Part shown: positions 23,521 to 33,876 of the stretch, in pieces
Numbering within the stretch: position 1 is the first letter of the stretch
How the letters are laid out: every line of letters begins with the position of its first letter
Origin: Naegleria gruberi
Lineage: Eukaryota
Reading direction: 5' to 3' (one strand)
DNA: 64,000 bases
NCBI GenBank assembly: GCA_000004985.1
Contig: GG738881.1
Position numbers and translations under genes: made by a program
Notes under the pieces: generated by a model
What the model was told of the DNA's origin: nothing
Database searches by the model: none
Seen by the model: only the letters and a program-made list of their open reading frames with translations

Positions 23521-25713
23521 GGAACCAATTGCTCATTGAGTATTTGTTATGGGCTGACCAACCAAGATGCCAATGTTTGTTCTGGACACGGTTCTTGTGT
23601 ATTGCCAAGTGTTTGTAAATGTAATTCCAAATGGTTTGGAGATAATTGTGAATTAACTTCATGCTATGGTATTATGAAGAATGACACTGGTGTTTGTAGC
23701 AAACAAGGTTCTTGTATTGGCCCTGACGTTTGTTCATGTAAGACTGGTTACAAATCCAGTGCTGATTGTTCGGTTGTCTCATGTGAAAATTTGAATAGTT
23801 GTAGTTCTCATGGTTCTTGTGTTGGACCTAACTCTTGTACATGTAGTGCTGGTTGGAAATCATCTGGTGATTGTAGCTCTCCTTCATGTGAATTGGTTTC
23901 AAACTGTAATGCACGAGGATCATGTTCTGGACCTAATGTTTGTACATGTTCAGGTGGATTCTTTGGTAAAAAGTGTGAATTGGCAACATGCTTTGGAGTT
24001 GCTGGCGATTTGAATACAGGTTGTAGTGGAAATGGAGAGTGTTTTACAACCGATACTTGTTCTTGCAATGCTGGTTATTATGGAGCTAGGTGCGATTTTA
24101 AGGTTAACCTGGAAGCAACCAAGAAGGTTACAAACTTTAAGCAATTTTTCATTGAACCAACTGTTTACAATCCATCTGGGTTATCTATTGGCTATAAATG
24201 GTCTCAAGTTGGAGGACCATCAATTAATTTAGAATCAATTAGTGAGAATACAATTTCCAACCCCAAACTTGTGATTAGATCTGAAAATGGATTGACCAAG
24301 GGACAATCCTATACCTTGCTGTTAACTACCACTAGGTCTGATAATGTTATTATTACAAATAGTATAGTTTTGAATGTTAACATCGATCCAGTAATCGATT
24401 GGTTCAGCACTGTCAACCCATCAACTGGACAATCTGTAGGTATTGCTGGTGTTACTTCATTCAATGCAAGCATTGCTTCTGCAACTGATCCAGATGGTGA
24501 TTCCGATTCTTTGCAATATTCATTTGGTTATATAGTGGATGGAAAGAGATTTGTTTCAAAGGAATTTTCTTATTCAACCTCAACAATCTTCCGACTTCCT
24601 CTTCCAAGCAATAACTTGGCTGAAGTTTTCTACATTGCTAAAGATGATATGGGAGCAACAACCGAAGTTCAATCTGTAGTTGTTGTGAATAATCCATCTT
24701 CAAGTATGAATTCTTCTCAAATAGCCAAATTGGTTGACTCAATGTTGGAAAAACCATCAATTGACCAACTTTATTTCGCCACCTCATTGATCAAATCATC
24801 AAGTGATTCAGAATCTAGTATTGTCAAAAATAAGATTATTGATGCCCTCTACAATCAAACTGAGTCCAATCCTGAACTTGCTGTCGCAATTTTAAGTGAA
24901 TTGTCAAATAAGACTCTGGACAACTCGCACGGAAGCAAGGCTCTTAGAATGCTTGAAATTTTGTCAAATATTTCAGACAGTTATGAAACTATTTTACAAA
25001 CATCTTCCAAATTGATTAGTTACACCCAGTCAACTTCCGAAAATAGACAAGTTATGAATGCAATTTTGGAAAATATTTCATCATCTTTGGCTAAGAATAT
25101 GGCAACAGGTAGTATTATTAAGACTATTTCTAATAATTTGTTAAACATTATTATTAAGAACAATGTAGATCTCTTGAATATCACCTTGCCAAGTTCAATT
25201 GGTGTTAATGGATTGACTATTCCAACATCAAATCTCAAGAATGTGGTTTCAAATCACACAATTGCATTCAGTATTACTATTTTGCCATCCTCATCTTTAA
25301 GTTTCCTCTCTATTCCTGTTTCATCCTCAGTATATAAGATCAAGCTCTTCTGGGATAGTGGAGTAATGATAAATATTACTAAATTGAACACTCCATTTGA
25401 ATTTGAAATGACTGTTGTTGGTACCTCTAGTGGTGTCGAACCAGAATGTAGATATTTTGATGAAAGAACTAATACTTTGACAAAGGATGGTGTTGAAACC
25501 ATTGTTATTTCTCCGACTCGTGTTAAGTGCAGAGTTTATCAATTAGGAGATTTCACTACAACCTTAATTTCAAAGGCTACAAGCTCGCCTGCTCCAGAAA
25601 AATCAAAGGTACAACCAAAGATTTCTCAAAGAGCAAATACTGCATCCACTACTAGTCAATTTTCATTTATGATGATGTTGCTTTTTGTGATTGTTGTTGT
25701 TTTCATGTTGTAA
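22456..25713 (+). CDS. Cysteine-rich repeat surface glycoprotein with a C-terminal hydrophobic tail (GPI signal or TM). The 5' end is missing in the gap.
   Basis: The region is open in frame from the gap edge. It encodes at least nine 42-aa 8-Cys modules, then five EGF-like modules (CSGHGSCVLPSVCKCNSKWFGDNCEL…), then a Ser/Thr/Asn-rich stalk, and ends …TSQFSFMMMLLFVIVVVFML. Confidence 0.8.
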   Translation, partial: VCQGNFKGVDCSQCKSGWKGANCDEPICDSKCRKCYSPNQCALCDGNYSGDRCDSCTSGWTGSDCNTPVCDSKCTTCDSPNQCSVCKGNFEGSDCSTCKSGWSESDCNTPVCDLKCKQCDSPNQCSSCNGNFAGSDCSSCKSGWTGSLCDIPICDSKCTNCSAPSKCSKCQGNFQGFECDSCTDGWKGTDCDQPICDSKCSVCDSPNQCRVCNGNFEGSDCSICTTGWKGANCVVPICDSKCTTCDSPNQCSVCQGNYKGAQCDNCQDGWTGTDCNKPICDSKCTTCDSPAKCSKCQGNFQGSDCSSCKSGWKGANCDEPICDSKCSECSAPNQCSTCSDNYDGNDCSGCKSGYSGTNCSLSICYGLTNQDANVCSGHGSCVLPSVCKCNSKWFGDNCELTSCYGIMKNDTGVCSKQGSCIGPDVCSCKTGYKSSADCSVVSCENLNSCSSHGSCVGPNSCTCSAGWKSSGDCSSPSCELVSNCNARGSCSGPNVCTCSGGFFGKKCELATCFGVAGDLNTGCSGNGECFTTDTCSCNAGYYGARCDFKVNLEATKKVTNFKQFFIEPTVYNPSGLSIGYKWSQVGGPSINLESISENTISNPKLVIRSENGLTKGQSYTLLLTTTRSDNVIITNSIVLNVNIDPVIDWFSTVNPSTGQSVGIAGVTSFNASIASATDPDGDSDSLQYSFGYIVDGKRFVSKEFSYSTSTIFRLPLPSNNLAEVFYIAKDDMGATTEVQSVVVVNNPSSSMNSSQIAKLVDSMLEKPSIDQLYFATSLIKSSSDSESSIVKNKIIDALYNQTESNPELAVAILSELSNKTLDNSHGSKALRMLEILSNISDSYETILQTSSKLISYTQSTSENRQVMNAILENISSSLAKNMATGSIIKTISNNLLNIIIKNNVDLLNITLPSSIGVNGLTIPTSNLKNVVSNHTIAFSITILPSSSLSFLSIPVSSSVYKIKLFWDSGVMINITKLNTPFEFEMTVVGTSSGVEPECRYFDERTNTLTKDGVETIVISPTRVKCRVYQLGDFTTTLISKATSSPAPEKSKVQPKISQRANTASTTSQFSFMMMLLFVIVVVFML

Positions 25714-26614
25714 ATAAATTATTCTTTTAATTTAGCTATTAAAGTGAAGAAATTTCTTTAATCCGAGATGGCGACGGTTTGCTTGTGTTTTTTTAAAGGC
25801 TGATTCTTTCTAAAATGCCATTCTTTTGGCGCCAAATGTAACGGCAAATAAAGCCTATTACAATATCTTTCCTTTTGAATACCATTTCATCACTACCAAG
25901 AGTTGTTTTACAAGGATCTTCGTGTTTACATGTACGTAATAAGTGCTGAATTTGATTGAAAACTTTGATAAAGTTACTCCTATTCACAAAATTCAAGATA
26001 AAAAATATGAACAAATTGTAAAAGGTACCTGGAAGGATGTTCTTCCTCTAATTCCTTTTTGAAAAGCAATATCTGCCATAAATGTCAGATTGACCACATA
26101 AACAATAACAAAAAGAAAAGGTCAAGCCATTATGACTCTCATCTCAAAACCTCGTTCTCCAGATGTCAACAAACAACGCTACAAGCCCACCATCTTCAAC
26201 ATGTATGGCGAGTAATAATGAAGAGTCAAGTCCAGGAAATACATCCTAACCAAAGATGAAACAATGTGGAAGAATTACTGGTTGGATAATTTATTGGCTG
26301 TTGGTGCTCTTTGGATGGCTAGTAATAACTGTTCGTGGATTATGAGAGCTTCACCTGTTAATCCAAATAATCCAGAAGATTATAGAAAGGATCTCTTTCT
26401 TGGAAGTAATCACACTGTGCATAAGGGATATCCTGCTATCATTATGGACTACATGGTTCGCTGTTGCTGCTAATTTGATTCTCTGTGAAATTTACATTAA
26501 TATGGTGGTAAGAAAGAAGGATGAAAAGAAAGTCCCAACAATTCATACTTTTCATGTAACTTCAGCTTCTCTTTGACAATAGGTTAACAAAACGAATAAT
26601 AAAAGGGTTAAAAA

Positions 26615-26731
26615 GACTACAGCACCACAGGTTCCCAAGTTGTCTCCAACCTCAGTACTGATGTGGCTCGACGATGCTTAACTTCTCAAATCGGACGGGA
26701 TGAGGTGCATTCATCGTGATATGGCCGTAGC
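26615..26731 (-). rRNA. 5S: 5S ribosomal RNA gene, a solitary copy.
   Basis: The minus-strand sequence GCTACGGCCATATCACGATGAATGCACCTCATCCCGTCCGATTTGAGAAGTTAAGCATCGTCGAGCCACATCAGTACTGAGGTTGGAGACAACTTGGGAACCTGTGGTGCTGTAGTC matches the eukaryotic 5S consensus. Helix I pairs GCTACGGC with GCTGTAGT, the box A element AGTTAAGC and a GGGAAC loop E-like region are present, and a TTTT terminator follows. Confidence 0.9.
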
Positions 26732-26879
26732 CATTCAATTCCTTAATCTTTCCATTTTCAATCATATCAGAAATCAGTTGATTGAAAAATCTTGAGATTG
26801 GTTTCTTAGATTATTGAGCTCAATGATTTTGGCAAAAGATGGAATATATTATTTATTGTTAAAACAGTTTGTAGATTAT

Positions 26880-27704
26880 TTACAATTCATCCTTTGAACA
26901 TGTTGAAATACCAGTCAAATCAATATTTCCAATAAATTCTACATCAAGATGGCATTTGACAAGTCTTTCCTCTACCTTACTCCAATCAATAACTTTCCAA
27001 TAATCATTGACATAATTCAAACGTCTATTTTGGTGCTTCAAATAATAAGCATGCTCCCAAACATCAAGTGATAAGATTGGCTCCTCAATAGTCAGTTGCT
27101 TTGAATCAGCAGAATTTTCATTCAAATAAGCATTATCTTGATTGGCAAAACTCTTGATAACCAAATCAAATTGAGTTGGATTAGCAGTATTAACTCTCTT
27201 CAATAAAAAGACCCAACCAGATCCAAAAACTTTCATAGAAGCATCATTGAATTGAGCAATAAACTTTTCAACAGATCCAAAATGTTTAACCAAAGCTTGT
27301 TCAACTCTTGGAGTTGGCTTATTCTCACCAGAGGAAGGCTTCTTCAAAGAAGCAAAGAATAAATTATGATTCACAACACCACCTCCATTATTTCTAACTT
27401 GTTTTCTGGTAGCTTCATCACTTGTGGTGAGTAAATGTAAATTGGCAAGGAGAGTTTCAACTCTGCTACTCTTTTCAACGATCGGATCAGCCTTTAAAAC
27501 TCCAAGAGCAGCATTAATATTATTTACATAGGCTTGATGATGTCCGGAATGATGTACTTTCATGGTGGCTTCATCAATAACAGGTTCTAATTCATTGTAT
27601 GGATAGGACAAGGTTTGGAGGCTTACTTTGGTCAATTCAGAGTTGACACTGTAAATCAAGCCAATTACAATGCACAATACAACGAGCAGTGATTGTTTAA
27701 TCAT
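26880..27704 (-). CDS. Mn/Fe superoxide dismutase with an N-terminal signal peptide and a C-terminal KDEL tetrapeptide. Intronless, 274 aa.
   Basis: Metal ligands and motifs are present: HHSGHHQAYVNN, VNHNLFF and DVWEHAYYL. A hydrophobic N-terminus MIKQSLLVVLCIVIGLIYSVNS precedes the SOD fold. The protein ends …GISTCSKDEL. Confidence 0.9.
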   Translation of the reverse strand: MIKQSLLVVLCIVIGLIYSVNSELTKVSLQTLSYPYNELEPVIDEATMKVHHSGHHQAYVNNINAALGVLKADPIVEKSSRVETLLANLHLLTTSDEATRKQVRNNGGGVVNHNLFFASLKKPSSGENKPTPRVEQALVKHFGSVEKFIAQFNDASMKVFGSGWVFLLKRVNTANPTQFDLVIKSFANQDNAYLNENSADSKQLTIEEPILSLDVWEHAYYLKHQNRRLNYVNDYWKVIDWSKVEERLVKCHLDVEFIGNIDLTGISTCSKDEL

Positions 27705-27861
27705 TTTTTTTAAATTGATTTTTTAAATATTAAATATATTTAAAATGATCATTACAATTTTATTAAAAAAGAATATTGCTCTTTGAATTTTAATATTAAT
27801 CTCAATAAAATTAATACTCAAATTGTGCAAATATTTTAAATAATAATAATATTTAAAAAAA
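27705..27861. promoter_or_regulatory. A 157-bp, extremely AT-rich divergent intergenic region shared by the SOD gene (minus) and the cyclophilin gene (plus).
   Basis: The start codons of the two genes lie head-to-head at 27704 and 27862. Confidence 0.5.
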
Positions 27862-28507
27862 ATGTCTCGACCAATTGTGTTTATGGAATTCAATGTCGCC
27901 AACAAGAAAGTTGGACGTGTAGAAATTGAATTGTTCTCCGATATTGTGCCAAAAACTGCTGAAAATTTCCGAGCATTGTGTACAGGTAGGTTGTGAGGAT
28001 GATTGCTCAGAACTTTACTCATGCTTGTATAACAATTTTGATACACTTTCCGATATTGCATTACATTGTGTGGATTCTCTTCTAATATTATTTGATAATT
28101 TTAAAGGCGAAAAGGGACAAAAAGGAGGAAAGGCATTGCATTATAAAAATTGTAAAGTGCACAGAATTGAACCAGGATTTTGCATTCAATCAGGAGATAT
28201 TTTGAAAGGAAATGGAACTGGAGGAAAATCAATCTATGATTCTGGTAAATTGGAAGATGAAAACTTCACTGTAAAACATAGTGGACCAGGAATTGTTTCA
28301 ATGGCTAATAGTGGACCAAATACAGCTTCAAGTCAATTCTTTTTCACAATGTCAGATGAAGCTTTACCTCAATTGGATGGAAAGCATGTTGCTTTTGGTA
28401 AAGTTATTTCAGGATATGATGTTTTGAAGAGTTTGGAACAATACGGAAACAGATTAGGAAATGTGGACAAGAAAGTTGTCATTTGTGATTGTGGTCAAGT
28501 TCAATAA
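27862..28507 (+). CDS. Cyclophilin-type peptidyl-prolyl isomerase, cytosolic type. Two exons, 27862-27985 and 28107-28507, with a 121-bp intron.
   Basis: Exon 1 encodes [42 protein letters not shown]. Exon 2 encodes EKGQ…[14 protein letters not shown]…GTGGKSIY…[17 protein letters not shown]…[11 protein letters not shown]. The intron is gtaggt…ttaaag. The ORF-track entry 27926-28507 reads through the intron. Confidence 0.85.
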
Positions 28508-28551
28508 AATCTCCATTTCAGAAATTCCATTCAATTAATTGTAGTAATTTC

Positions 28552-29608
28552 TTAATCCTTTGGTGGAGAACCACTGGAACTTGATGAATCAGCAATATAT
28601 TGCAGCAAATTCTCTGAAGATGATACAGAAAGTGAATCCTCTTCCTCTCCCGAACTACTACTACTTGTCATTAAATTTATCATATCCAAGTCTTCATCCG
28701 AATCATCAAAATTTGGTTTGGCTGCTTTTGGTGGACTTTTTTTTGTTGGACCCTTTCTTCTTGTTCTCTTCTTTGGTTTTTCATCACTTTCATATTCAGG
28801 CTCCTCTGGTTCTTGTTCGGATGACTCGTCGGAAAAGTCCTCTTCCTCTTCTTGCTCATCTTCATAATCCTCATCATCTTCACTATCATGAAATCCTCTC
28901 TTTTTCCTCTTTTTTGGAGCACTTGAAGAATTGGAACCATTCTTCTTAGAGGTTTGTTTTTTAGGTTTTTGATCCAACGAAGTGGTTTCATAGGAATTGT
29001 CTTCCTCTTCATCTGAGAATTTATATTCCTCCTCTTCTTCCTCTCCAAATAGTGCATCTTCCGAATAGTCAACTATAGCTCTACTTCTTCCACCACTTGA
29101 TGCTGCAGCTGCAGCTCTTCTACTTCCTCTCATATTTAAACATCGTTCCAGATGAGGAGCATAGCCTGAATGGCCAATTTCTCTCTTACAATTTGCACAA
29201 ACAACGTGAGTCCGAGTAATAGGTAGATGGTTTGTATCAATTTCTGGAAAGACGGAAACTTGTTCCTGCAGTGAAAATTGTTTTTTAGCTACAGAAGGTT
29301 TTTCTGTTGTTCTGTTGTTGGAGAAGTACTCGTTTCCTTCTCTCCTCTCCAACCATTTTAATACATTGTTCCACCAGTATTTCTTTCACCAGTAAATCCA
29401 AAATATGTTCTTGTATTCTTGTTGTATGATTAAATGTTTTCTTGATGTTGTTTTTTGTTACTTGTTCCGAAGAGGAATTTTCCATAACATTCTGTTCATC
29501 AACATCTTCATGATCAATTACTATTACATCATCATCGTCTACTACATTTACTACATTTGAATAATTTTGTTGTTCTTCTTTCGCGAAACTTCTGAGTTTT
29601 TGTTGCAT
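28552..29608 (-). CDS. Sgf11/ATXN7L3-like protein (SAGA deubiquitinase-module zinc finger) with an acidic/Ser-rich tail. Probably two exons, 29608-29354 and 29265-28552.
   Basis: The zinc finger VVCANCKREIGHSGYAPHLERCLNM matches the Sgf11/ATXN7L3 finger ([24 protein letters not shown]). The two ORFs are in different frames and can be joined by an 88-bp intron (GTTGGA…CAG). The donor is weak, so the junction is tentative. Confidence 0.55.
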
Positions 29609-30572
29609 TTTTTGATGTAAAATTTTACAACAACCATATTGAATTTAATTTCCTCAAAGACCAAGAAGTGCAATCATAAAACAGGTAACACTTTTAATTC
29701 TTCTTGCCTTAATTACTAGGTAAAAGACTGTGCATCACTCTATCCTCATTCCTCAACGAAATACTGTAACGCTCTTAATCACATACATCCTCATTTCGTT
29801 TAGAAATTAAGCAACATTTGAGTGAAAAAGACTGGTTTGAAAAGTCGTGCCAATGATTCAAATTTGGAATTGCAATATACAGTTAGATATCCAAATCCAA
29901 AGTGGCTATTGTTATGTTTGAATTAGCAGGTGTCTGCCTCAACATTTTGAAGTGCACACTTCAAAGATTCTAATACTGTACACAAAAAGTTTCCCTTAGT
30001 AGATCTTGTTACCTTTCTTTTTTTGCAAAAACCTTTCTTCTTTAGTTGTCTTCCTTTTTGTAAAATGGTAAAAAATTAGATCCAACCAATCAAACGAATG
30101 GTTTAGAAATTACAATCAAATGAGCTCGCATAAAAAACTTGATTCTGACTTGGTGATGGAACAATGTACGATTTACAAGTTAAGGCTGCATGTTACCATC
30201 TTGATGATGAGGTGCTGACATTCTTACCAGATCCATTTTGTGAGGGTATTCGTTAGGGGGAATGACCCAATCATACTTCATCTTGTTCTGAATTGTTCAT
30301 GATCTTCCCTGCTTTTTTCCGTATGGTCCACAACCAAGTTGAATATCTTTTAATTGACAGCTGTCTACTATTACGAAAGCATTCCATCTTGTTGAATGGA
30401 TGCAAATATTAATCTTTCCAATTTATATTAAAAAATCAGAAGAGTTTGTCAAAGGGCCAACCTGCTCAACTTGCAACCATTCAGTAACTCATTGTATTAA
30501 ATTTGAACAATTTCTAGTATTGTAGGGCTCATTTCTTTCAATACAGTTGAAAAATCCCCTACTGCTTTAGAT

Positions 30573-31508
30573 TTGCTATTAAACGACATGTTCATGATGC
30601 AACCTATGCCTGCTCATGCCACTGCGAGTGTGAGTACAATGAATGCTACACCAACCATTCTGGTCTCTTCACCTTTGGCTATTAAGAATATGAAGAGAGA
30701 CAGGTCCACTTCACATATGCAAACTTGCTGTATGAAACAACCACATGCTACTCTTCTCCAACCATCTACCTCTACCCCTGTGAAAACCTTCACTCACATC
30801 ACTCACCAAACTTGCAATCATTCTGATGGCAATATGATTGCACCAGAAATCTCAATCTCTTCATGCTCTAGTATCAATGATCATACATCCACAAGTACAT
30901 TGAGTATTTCTTCAGCTTCCTTATCTGGCAGTGAGTCAAGATCTGTAAATAACAAATCACCAACCTCTCCATCCCTTCTCCAAAGAACAACATCCAAGGG
31001 AAAGAGCAGATCACCAACTAGTCAGAATGATAATGAATCAAGCTCATCAGAAGATTATCCTTCAAATGATGATCGAATTATACGTTCATTCAATTCTTGC
31101 AAAATGAAATCTAGCGACCTTAAAAACAAGTTTACCACCTCAAAGAAGGACCAAGTTATCAGATGTAACAGAACATCTGGAAATCAGAGGAGTTTCATTG
31201 GCTATCAGGATATTAAAGGGTATTTCTTCCTTCCAGAAAATGAAGCAGCCAAACGTCTTGGATGCTCCAAGAGTAAACTGAAACGTATTAAGACTCGATT
31301 AAATATTGAACGTTGGCCATACAGAAGAATTCAATCGTTACTGAACCAAAAACAGAATGCGCTCTCAAAGAATGAAAATGTTGAAGATATCGAAATGGCC
31401 ATTCAATTTGTGATTGATTATCCAAATCTCATTACTAAATATTCTAACGAGGATATTGCATTAACTGCCTCCCGTTTCGATCGCATCAGGATCAGTAACC
31501 TCCTGTAA
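30573..31508 (+). CDS. RWP-RK domain protein (putative transcription factor), 311 aa with a Ser/Thr-rich N-terminal region.
   Basis: The C-terminal domain IKGYFFLPENEAAKRLGCSKSKLKRIKTRLNIERWPYRRIQSLL matches the RWP-RK consensus (yF…AAK.LG.S.T.LKR.CR..GI.RWP.RKI.SL). Confidence 0.75.
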   Translation: MLLNDMFMMQPMPAHATASVSTMNATPTILVSSPLAIKNMKRDRSTSHMQTCCMKQPHATLLQPSTSTPVKTFTHITHQTCNHSDGNMIAPEISISSCSSINDHTSTSTLSISSASLSGSESRSVNNKSPTSPSLLQRTTSKGKSRSPTSQNDNESSSSEDYPSNDDRIIRSFNSCKMKSSDLKNKFTTSKKDQVIRCNRTSGNQRSFIGYQDIKGYFFLPENEAAKRLGCSKSKLKRIKTRLNIERWPYRRIQSLLNQKQNALSKNENVEDIEMAIQFVIDYPNLITKYSNEDIALTASRFDRIRISNLL

Positions 31509-31710
31509 CATTACAATATCATAGTTAAACAATTTTGAAAATAATTCCACCAATCAAACTCATGATAGCAACAACTGAGTCACTATCAACAATCTCCAAC
31601 AATAAATTTTAACAAAAAGCTAAATTGCTAAAATTCTTCAAATTGTTATAATACATTTACTCGTAATTTCATATAAATATTGCAAAAAACATTCCTAGAA
31701 TTAAAAAGTA

Positions 31711-32631
31711 TTATTGCTTTTGAGCTAGTTGCTGTTTTCTAAGCTCTCTCATCTCTTTGGCTCTTTTTGCTTGTTGATATTCATCGGCTGCAGCATTGTC
31801 AGATGTTGATACACTCACAAAACTGAATATAGAAGAAATGCTCTTTCTTCTATCGATGGCGTTATCATCCAAAGAACCCATTGATGATCGAACTAAAATT
31901 CTTCGTTTCTCTTCGCGAGTCCTATCAATTCTCTTTATAAGCTCTATAAATGCTGTATCAATTCCTTTCTTTTTAAAGGTTGCTGATGTTTCAATAAATG
32001 GACAACCAAGTTTGTCGCCCAATTGTAAACCTTCTTTGGTTTCAACTTCTCTTTCTTCATCAGGAATATCACACTTATTTCCAATAATAACAACAGGTAG
32101 AATTGTTTGAGAAGTTGAAGATGAAACGCTACTTGTTGTGCTAGATGTTGTTGTTGGAGATGATGCTATAGATGATGAAATTGAACCGGTTTCTCTTCCT
32201 GGTGAGCTAGGGCTCACAATAGTTGTTGGATTATTTGAGGTATCTGTAACATTCAATGTTGGAGTGGAAACATTACTACTATTTGTGCTGGTTGTAGTTA
32301 CAGTATTGGTAGAAGAAGAAGATGAAGAAGCATTATTTTCAGTAGCCTTTCTCTTCTTCTTGTAGGCATTTTGCCAAGAGTTCTTATTCATTTCAGCCAA
32401 GATTGGAGAAGTAGGATCGTGAAGTTGCAAAATTAATTTCATATGAGTTTTCACCTTTTCAAGAGAGAATTTGTTCTTTACATCAAACATTAACAGGTAA
32501 CCATCAATGTGTGATTTCAACTCTTCCTTCTCTTCAGTTGTAAATCCTGTATCAAAGAGAGTAATCATGGACAACTCGTATTTACAGTTTTGGAACTCTA
32601 CAGAGAAAATATCTAATGTGTTTAAACACAT
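31711..32631 (-). CDS. Atypical Ras-family GTPase, main exon. It has a ~100-aa Ser/Thr-rich insertion and lacks the catalytic Gln. An upstream exon carrying a P-loop-like GGASVGKQ probably lies at about 33013-33070.
   Basis: The G3 motif reads LFDTGFTTEE (DTGF instead of DTAGQ). G4 is IIGNKCD and G5 is FIETSAT. A stop codon immediately precedes the listed Met, so a 5' exon is required. The upstream minus-strand segment encodes …HHHRGGASVGKQEFAKAATELYDG with a gtaaaa donor. The exon junction is unresolved. Confidence 0.55.
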   Translation of the reverse strand: MCLNTLDIFSVEFQNCKYELSMITLFDTGFTTEEKEELKSHIDGYLLMFDVKNKFSLEKVKTHMKLILQLHDPTSPILAEMNKNSWQNAYKKKRKATENNASSSSSSTNTVTTTSTNSSNVSTPTLNVTDTSNNPTTIVSPSSPGRETGSISSSIASSPTTTSSTTSSVSSSTSQTILPVVIIGNKCDIPDEEREVETKEGLQLGDKLGCPFIETSATFKKKGIDTAFIELIKRIDRTREEKRRILVRSSMGSLDDNAIDRRKSISSIFSFVSVSTSDNAAADEYQQAKRAKEMRELRKQQLAQKQ

Positions 32632-33876
32632 TCAAATAACAAGTAAATATGTGATGCAAATTAAATAATATTATAGATATTCAAAATAAAACAATTCATC
32701 ATCAAAGAGTAAGGGAATGACCATTCAATAAGCAATGCCATCACATCAGCACCAAGTTCATCACATCAAACACATGAACCAGTCGCAAACAAGGTAGTGA
32801 AAGGAGACATGATCCAATGAAGCGTTTTCAATGAAATTTTTTTGATAAAAGGGCGCCAAAATTATTCATTAGGTTTGATTATCAGTAGGAATTGAATCAT
32901 AGCAGAAATTGAATATGAATGATTGATTGTTTAGATAATGATATATACTATTATGAAATTAATAAATTTAACGTACACTTATTGGCTCCAGGTCTAACCT
33001 GAACAATTTTACCATCATATAATTCAGTGGCTGCTTTTGCAAATTCTTGTTTCCCGACAGAAGCTCCTCCCCTATGATGATGATTAAAGAGTTTTTTGTG
33101 ATTATGAATGTTTTTTAATTATATTGTCATCATATTCGATATAATAATGGAAAATGGAATTTGAAGAAATCATTAAAGATAATAGCAGTGATGATTTGGT
33201 TTAATTATGAAAGAATTCATACATACATTACACAAATACTATATTTAACCGTTTTCATGATGATGATATCGTGATTTTGATGTTATTGCTGATGAAAGAA
33301 CACGATACGAAAGGTTTCTCAGAGAAGAAAATGAAGCGATTCGTATTGAATTTTTTTTTCGAATGTGTCAACCTTCAAGAGCAATTTTGGATCAGTTTAG
33401 ATTTATTTTGGCTTTATGAATCGTTGCATAGTATGAACAATTATCTCTCCTAAAGAACTATCGAATAAAAATTTACTTTCAGATGCTATTATTTCATATC
33501 CATTGAACAATACAGTATTAATATTGAAATTTTGAAATTCCTTGCTCACAGTTTAATTGTTGTAACGACATTTAAATTGCATGTTGTATGCAACATTCGA
33601 ATATGAAGGAAAGAAAAAATACTTTTTATGGTTCATTACCCTTCTTTCTGAAATATGACATTAGGACTTTGTAACAACAAATAACATACATTTGATGTTT
33701 CGATAAAGTAGGATGCCTATTGACTTATGTGTAATATGGTGGATAAATTTCATTATTTACATTCTTATTTCCATAACTATTCGAATCAGCATGTTCTTCA
33801 ACCTAATTACAACAATATTGCTAGTATTGTATCTCATTGTAAAAGATGGTTAATAATGAAGTAAAACTTAAAAAAA

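Noticed and set aside
26059-26473. Small ORFs (66 and 69 aa; the second ends …MVRCCC) between the Cys-rich gene and the 5S rRNA gene.
   Set aside because: No homology, no convincing splice-compatible structure, and the composition could be chance. Possibly a small gene, but this cannot be supported from sequence alone.
27926-28061. The N-terminal 45 residues of the ORF-track cyclophilin ORF (MNCSPILCQ…).
   Set aside because: It reads through the 121-bp intron. The real exon 1 (27862-27985) encodes the conserved MSRPIVF…FRALCTG.
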